A stretch of DNA of 32,000 nucleotides from Candidatus Saganbacteria bacterium. Its GTDB lineage: Bacteria > Margulisbacteria > WOR-1 > JAKLHX01. Every line of letters begins with the position of its first letter. Positions within the stretch are counted from its first letter, which is position 1. The notes beneath the pieces were generated by a model. That model saw only the letters and a list, made by a program, of their open reading frames with translations, made no database searches and had not been told where the DNA came from. Positions 26,908-32,000 of this stretch are shown here, piece after piece. Location: NCBI GenBank assembly GCA_026387835.1, contig JAPLKZ010000005.1, positions 120,001 through 152,000 on the forward strand, given 5' to 3'. A program made the position numbers and the translations under genes.

Positions 26908-27752
26908 CAGAGAAGAACCGCTGCAAAAAATATAAGAAATGCCCTTATGACATCAAAAAAGATCAATACGGATAAAGTTTTCCATCCGAAGTGTTTTTTG
27001 AAATAATGGTTCCTGCTCCTTGTCCAGTGTTTCCCCAGTTTCAGCGGTCCCCATTTCTTTATCGAGCTGCCGCCATGGTGGACTATCTGAGCAGTCGGAG
27101 TGAAAAATATCTTCCACCCTGCCTTTTTTATCCGTGTACACAGGTCCACCTCATCAAAGAACATGAAACTTTCCTCATCGAACAGGCCGACCTTGTCCAG
27201 AACGTCTTTTCTTAACATGATAGCCGCGCCCATCGGCTGGTCAATTTCCATGACCATGTCGTGTTTGAAACCCGCCATGAGATATTTACTTGAGTACGGG
27301 TTGCCGGGCCATATCTGTTCGATAAAAATAAGCCTCATTATCATGGCGCCGAGGGTAGGGAAGGAGAGCACGGACCTTTGAAGGGAAAGATCGGGATTTA
27401 ATAATTTAGGCGCAACAGCGGCAGCGTCCGGATGGCCGTTAAAAAAAGCTATAAGTTTGTCCAAAGCACCCGGCAATACTTCCGTGTCGGGATTTAGCAA
27501 CAGAATGTATTTACCTTTACTTTGTTTGATGCATTGATTGTTGGCAGTCGAAAAACCGAGATTATTGTTATTTATTATCAAATTGACCCTGGGATACGAA
27601 GCCCTTACCATTTCGACCGAACCATCGGAAGAATTATTGTCCGTTACGATGACTTCAAAATCGCAGGCGGGAGGATTAGTATATATTGAATCGAGGCACT
27701 TTTTCAAAAACTCTCTGACATTCCAGCCTACTATACAGATGGAGAGGTCCAT
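26841..27752 (-). CDS. family 2 glycosyltransferase with a C-terminal TM segment
   Basis: The N-terminus is LSICIVGWNVREFLKKCLDSIY...FEVIVTDNNSSDGS, followed by LLNPD..V and FFDEVDLC motifs. It lies 30 nt downstream of the DUF4116 gene on the same strand. Confidence 0.85.
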   Translation of the reverse strand: MDLSICIVGWNVREFLKKCLDSIYTNPPACDFEVIVTDNNSSDGSVEMVRASYPRVNLIINNNNLGFSTANNQCIKQSKGKYILLLNPDTEVLPGALDKLIAFFNGHPDAAAVAPKLLNPDLSLQRSVLSFPTLGAMIMRLIFIEQIWPGNPYSSKYLMAGFKHDMVMEIDQPMGAAIMLRKDVLDKVGLFDEESFMFFDEVDLCTRIKKAGWKIFFTPTAQIVHHGGSSIKKWGPLKLGKHWTRSRNHYFKKHFGWKTLSVLIFFDVIRAFLIFFAAVLLCYIGMNIFRYFIGFIIITPRAS

Positions 27753-27782
27753 ATATAGAATTATAGACTAAAAAATATGGGA

Positions 27783-29846
27783 TTATTTCCCTGCAGCTTT
27801 CAGTATGTCCGGATCGTTCTGCAGCGACACATCCGCAAACCTTAATGCCAGCCCACTTTGTTTAACGGCAGCCAAGACGACCTCTTTATCTTTTTTTAAG
27901 GACCCGTCAGCATATTCTAATGCCCACCCGTTTTGTTTGACCGCAGCCAAGACGATCTCTTTATCTTTTTTCAGGGACCCGTCAGCAAATTTTAATGCCC
28001 ACCCGTTTTGTTTGACCGCAGCCAAGACGACCTCTTTATCTTTCTTTAAAGATCCGTCAGCATATTCCAGTGTGTCCCAATTATTATTAACCGCAGCCAA
28101 AACGATCTCCTTATCTTTTTTCATAAACTCGTCAGCATATTTCAATGCCTCCCCATCTTGTTTAACCGCAGCCGAAACGACCTCTTTATCTTTACATAAA
28201 GCCTTGTCAGCAAACTCTAGTGAATTTCCCTTTTGTTTAACCGCAGCCAAAACGATGTCTTTATCTTTTTTTAAAGATCCGTCAGCATAATATAGTGCCC
28301 AACCATTTTGTCTGACCGCGGCCAAAACAAAATCTTTATTTTTTTTCAATGATCCGTCCGCAAATTTTATTGCCTGCCAGCTTTGTTTGACCGCAGCTAA
28401 AAACGACCTCTTTTGTTCAGCCGCAGCCGAAACAATATCCTTGTCTTTTTTCAATGACTCATCAGCAAATAATAATGCTTCCATATCTTGTCTAACGGCA
28501 GCCAAGACGACCCCTTTATCTTGTTTTAAAGATTCGGCCGCAAATTCTAATGCCAGCCCATTTTGCTTAACGGCAGCTAAGACAACCTCTCTATCAATTT
28601 TTAAAGACTCGTCGGCTTTTTGTAAGATACACCCACTTTGTTTAACGGCAGCCAAGACGACCCTTTTATCTTTTTTAAAAGACTCATCAACAAAAATTAA
28701 TGCCGAACCCTCTTGTTTAACGGCAGCCAAAACAAACTCCCTATTTTGTTTTAATGACCAATCAGCGCACTTTAATGCCCACCCATTTTGTTTAACGGCG
28801 AGCAGAACAAACACCTTATCTTTTTTTAAGGACTCGTCAGCATAATCTAATGCCCACCCGTGTTGTTTGACCGCGGCCAAAACGACCTCTTTATCTTTCC
28901 TTAAATACAAGTCAGCAAACTCTAATGCCAGCCCGGCTTGTTTAACTGCAGCCAAAACAATATCCTTGTCTTTTTTCAAAGACTCGTCAGCATATATTAA
29001 TGCCAGGCCATCTTGTTTAACCGCAGCCAAAACGACCTCTTTGTCTTTCCTCAATGACTTGCTGCAGCATTCTAAAATATGAATATTTTGTTTGCTTGCA
29101 GCCAAGACGACCTCTTTATCTGTTTTTAAAGAATCGTCAGCGAACCTTAATACCCACCCATTTTGTTTAACCGCAGCCAAAACGACTTCTTTGTCTTTAC
29201 ACAAAGCATTATCAGCAAACTCTAATGCATCCCCATTTTCTTTAACAGCAGCCAAAACAAACTTTTTATCTTTCTTTAATGATTCGTCAGCATACTTTAA
29301 TGCCTTTCCATCTTGTTTGACCGCAGCCAAAACGACCTCTTTATCTTTTGTCAAAGACTTGTCCGCAATCATTAACGCCAGCCAGGTTTGCTTAACCGCG
29401 GCCAAAACAATCTCTTTATCTTTATTTAAAAATCCGTCTGTTATTAGAAAAGATGTTGAACCATTCTTAATTGCAGCTAATGCGAGCTCTCTTTTTCTTG
29501 TAGAAACAAAACCTTCTACTTCTATCTGCAGGCTGATGTTGCTCTGTTGTTCAGGGGTTAATGCAGTGTTTAGTTGAGGTCTCAGCGCGTTTATATTCCC
29601 ATCCAGATCGCCATCTGATTTATCTAATGTCCGAAGTTTTAAATACAGTTTCTGGATGACATCAAAAGAAGAAGTCTTGCCCTCGTTGAATTGTACCGAC
29701 GTATCGATCTGTTTATTTGCGGCCTCATCCAGTTCTTCGCGGGTTATGTTCCCGTCAATTATCCCGTCCCTTATCGAATCGATCTTTCTCAACCTTTCAT
29801 AAATATGCTGGATGTTATCGGCGCCGGTCAAAGTTACTTTTTCCAT
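27783..29846 (-). CDS. DUF4116-type repeat protein, paralog 1 (about 22 x 25-aa repeats) with a conserved N-terminal EF-hand/dockerin-like domain
   Basis: The start is probably the ATG at 29846 (GGAGGG SD, MEKVTLTG...) rather than the TTG at 29852. LAAVKQNGWAL.(F/Y)ADGSLKKDKE(I/V)V units span 27786-29489. No signal peptide is present. Confidence 0.85.
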   Translation of the reverse strand: MEKVTLTGADNIQHIYERLRKIDSIRDGIIDGNITREELDEAANKQIDTSVQFNEGKTSSFDVIQKLYLKLRTLDKSDGDLDGNINALRPQLNTALTPEQQSNISLQIEVEGFVSTRKRELALAAIKNGSTSFLITDGFLNKDKEIVLAAVKQTWLALMIADKSLTKDKEVVLAAVKQDGKALKYADESLKKDKKFVLAAVKENGDALEFADNALCKDKEVVLAAVKQNGWVLRFADDSLKTDKEVVLAASKQNIHILECCSKSLRKDKEVVLAAVKQDGLALIYADESLKKDKDIVLAAVKQAGLALEFADLYLRKDKEVVLAAVKQHGWALDYADESLKKDKVFVLLAVKQNGWALKCADWSLKQNREFVLAAVKQEGSALIFVDESFKKDKRVVLAAVKQSGCILQKADESLKIDREVVLAAVKQNGLALEFAAESLKQDKGVVLAAVRQDMEALLFADESLKKDKDIVSAAAEQKRSFLAAVKQSWQAIKFADGSLKKNKDFVLAAVRQNGWALYYADGSLKKDKDIVLAAVKQKGNSLEFADKALCKDKEVVSAAVKQDGEALKYADEFMKKDKEIVLAAVNNNWDTLEYADGSLKKDKEVVLAAVKQNGWALKFADGSLKKDKEIVLAAVKQNGWALEYADGSLKKDKEVVLAAVKQSGLALRFADVSLQNDPDILKAAGK

Positions 29847-29917
29847 TTTCAACCCTCCTTCTCTGTGGCATATTTAAAACCCAAATTTCTTTATTAAATA
29901 GCAGCCAGATCAAGTTA

Positions 29918-30703
29918 TTATTTCCCCGCAGCTTTCAGTATGTCAGGATCTTTCTGCAGCGATGCATCCGCGTAATTTAATGCCCACTCATGCTGTTTGA
30001 CCGCGGCCAAAACAACCTCTTTATCTTTCTTTAAAGAGTCATCAGCAAAATATAATGCCCACCCGTTTTGTTTAACAGCGGCCAAAACAATATTTTTATC
30101 TTTCTTTAAAGATTCGTCGGCATATACTAATGCAAGCCCGTTTTCTTTGACCGCGGCCAAAACGATCTCCCTGTCTTTTTTGAAGAGTTCGCCGGCATAT
30201 TGCAATCCATTCCCGTATTGTTTAACCGCGGCTAAAACGCTCGCTCTATCTTTCTTTGAAGCCGTATCCGCAGATGGTTTTGCCGCCCGCTCATCTTTTT
30301 TGACCGCAGCCGGAACGGCCTCTTTGTCTTTCTTTGGAGCTTCTTCCTTTTTTCCGGTAAGATCAGAAGCTTCTAATTCTAATTGCAGGCTGAACTTGCG
30401 CTGTTGTTCAGGGGTCAAAGGAAAGTTGAGGCGGAACCTTAGATCTTTGATATTGCCGTCCAGTTTGCCATCCTCTTTGTCCATAGTCTGAAGTTTCAAA
30501 TAGAGTTTTTGAATAACCTCAAAAGACGTAGTTTTGCTTTCATTGAATTGCACGGACGTATCGACTTGTTTCTTTGCAGCCAGGTCCAGTTCCTCCCGGG
30601 TTATATTGCCGTCTATTTTCCCGTCCTTTATCGAATCTATCTTCCTCAGCCTCGCATAAACGCTCTCGATATTTACGGTCCCGGTCAATGTTACTTTTTC
30701 CAT
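29918..30703 (-). CDS. DUF4116-type repeat protein, paralog 2 (4 intact repeats plus a degenerate K/A/P-rich linker)
   Basis: It has the same N-domain (MEKVTLTGTVNIESVYARLRKIDSIKDGKIDGNITREELD...) and the same C-terminus DPDILKAAGK* as paralog 1. An AAGGAAGGA SD lies upstream. Confidence 0.85.
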   Translation of the reverse strand: MEKVTLTGTVNIESVYARLRKIDSIKDGKIDGNITREELDLAAKKQVDTSVQFNESKTTSFEVIQKLYLKLQTMDKEDGKLDGNIKDLRFRLNFPLTPEQQRKFSLQLELEASDLTGKKEEAPKKDKEAVPAAVKKDERAAKPSADTASKKDRASVLAAVKQYGNGLQYAGELFKKDREIVLAAVKENGLALVYADESLKKDKNIVLAAVKQNGWALYFADDSLKKDKEVVLAAVKQHEWALNYADASLQKDPDILKAAGK

Positions 30704-30754
30704 GTTATCCTTCCTTTCTTTTTAAGATAAATATAAATCCTTCATATACTTAGT

Positions 30755-31903
30755 TCAATGCCTGCCTATTTGTTCGGCTGCAGCAGAAATAACATCTTTA
30801 TCATTTTTCAAAGACTCGTCCGCAAATTCTAATGCCCGCCCATTTTGCTTAACCACGGCCAAGATAAACGCTTTATCTTTCTTTAAAGATTCATGGGCAA
30901 AATTTAACGCCCACACATCCTGTTTGATCGCCGCCAGAACAATTTCCTTGTCTTCTTTTAAAGACCCATCTGCATATGCCAATGACCGCCCGTTATGTTT
31001 GACCGCTGCCAGAACAACATCCCTGTCTTTTTTTAAAGAGTTGTCAGCAAAGTCTAATGCCCACACATCTTGTCCGATCACAGCCAGAACAAACTCCTTA
31101 TCTTTCTTTAAAGACTTGTCCGCAAACTCTAATGCCCGCCAGTCTAGTTTAGCCGCAGCCAGAACAAACGCTTTATCTTTTTTCAAAGACCCGTCCGCAA
31201 ACTCTAATGCCCGCCCATTTTGCTTAACCACAACCAAGACAAACGCTTTATCTTTTTTCAAAGACCCGTCCGCAAACTCTAATGTCCGCCCATTTTGCTT
31301 AACCGCAGCCAAGACAAACGCTTTATCTTTTTTTAAAGATTCGTCTGCAAATTCCAGTGTCTGGACATCTTGATTAGCCGCAGCCAAAACAACCTTTTTA
31401 TCTTTCTTTAAAGACTCGTCTGCATACATAAATGTCCGCCAATTTTGCTTGACCGCCGCCAAAACAATCTCTTTATCTTTATTTAAAGATCTATCAGTTA
31501 TCAGGAAAGATGTTGAGCCATTCTTAATTGCCGCTAATGCGAGCTCTCTTTGTTTTGTGGAAACAAAAGCTCCCACTTCTAACTGTAGGCTGACTTTACT
31601 TTGTTGTTCAGGAGTTAATGCGGTAACCATGTTAGGTCTCAGCACGTTTATATTGCCATCCAAGTCACCATCCGCTTTATCTAATGCCTGAAGTTTCAAA
31701 TATAGTTTTTGAATAACATCAAAAGACGAAGTTTTGCCCTCGTTGAATTGCACTGACGTATCGATCTGTTTATCTGTGGCCTCGTCCAGCTCCTCGCGTT
31801 CTATATTTCCGTCAATTATTCCGTCCCTTATCGAATCGATCTTTCTCAACCTTTCATAAATATGCTGGATATTATCGGCGCCGGTCAATGTCGCTTTTTC
31901 CAT
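30755..31903 (-). CDS. DUF4116-type repeat protein, paralog 3 (about 10 repeats)
   Basis: The start is probably the ATG at 31903 (AAGGAAGG SD, MEKATLTG...) rather than 31939. The N-domain is near-identical at nt level to paralog 1. The protein ends ...DKDVISAAAEQIGRH*. Confidence 0.85.
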   Translation of the reverse strand: MEKATLTGADNIQHIYERLRKIDSIRDGIIDGNIEREELDEATDKQIDTSVQFNEGKTSSFDVIQKLYLKLQALDKADGDLDGNINVLRPNMVTALTPEQQSKVSLQLEVGAFVSTKQRELALAAIKNGSTSFLITDRSLNKDKEIVLAAVKQNWRTFMYADESLKKDKKVVLAAANQDVQTLEFADESLKKDKAFVLAAVKQNGRTLEFADGSLKKDKAFVLVVVKQNGRALEFADGSLKKDKAFVLAAAKLDWRALEFADKSLKKDKEFVLAVIGQDVWALDFADNSLKKDRDVVLAAVKHNGRSLAYADGSLKEDKEIVLAAIKQDVWALNFAHESLKKDKAFILAVVKQNGRALEFADESLKNDKDVISAAAEQIGRH

Positions 31904-32000
31904 ATTAGCCTTCCTTTCTTTATAGAGAACTTTGATCATTTAGCCTCTTTTGGCCTCAACTATGTATCGACAGAATATTTGAAAAATTTCACACTTTATT

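Noticed and set aside
27786-29489. A very regular array of short repeats that could superficially suggest a CRISPR array.
   Set aside because: The units are contiguous 75-nt coding repeats with no unique spacers. They are in frame in a long ORF and diverged at synonymous-like positions. No cas genes or leader are present.
27805-31691. Long plus-strand ORFs antisense to the DUF4116 genes (for example 27805..28290, 28387..28845, 29092..29577, 29997..30491 and 30924..31373), translating to periodic LSFFKDPSAY.NA.PFCLTAAKT units.
   Set aside because: They mirror the 75-nt periodicity of the minus-strand genes, which happens to lack stop codons in antisense. They have no SD or start context. The minus-strand products have a coherent N-domain, SDs and a known repeat consensus.

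Overview
The window looks like chromosome from an uncultivated diderm bacterium; taxonomy cannot be set from sequence alone. A housekeeping backbone flanks two accessory regions.

Backbone:
- 1-1500: the 3' end of an Mbh-type group 4 [NiFe]-hydrogenase operon (large subunit C-terminus, NuoH-like subunit, NuoI-like subunit).
- 1502-4004: convergent citrate synthase, then an AI-2E transporter.
- 15819-26179: tRNA-Gly(GCC), tig, clpP, lon (no clpX), ileS, ahcY, a small DUF5665-like membrane protein, lspA and lgt.

Accessory region 1 (about 4.0-15.6 kb): two tandem modules.
- Each module has a surface protein of more than 1200 aa that ends in a FlgD-Ig / T9SS-type C-terminal domain.
- 21 nt downstream of each sits a private PorV/PorQ-like outer-membrane barrel fused to LysM, with 1 domain in module A and 2 in module B.
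- The 3' 2.2 kb of the modules is a colinear segmental duplication, while the N-terminal heads differ. Module A carries a glycine-rich domain plus DUF285/BspA LRR. Module B carries a 7-blade YVTN propeller, FN3 and a eukaryote-type FBA-like lectin domain.
- A 54-nt LysM relic upstream marks a lost third module.
- The module A giant gene is broken by a 103-nt repeat-collapse frameshift.

Accessory region 2 (27.8-31.9 kb, minus strand): three paralogs share a roughly 110-aa N-domain with imperfect EF-hand/dockerin-like loops. They carry about 22, 4 and 10 copies of a 25-aa DUF4116-type repeat, followed by a GT2 glycosyltransferase.

No CRISPR array, transposase or recognisable defence genes were seen.
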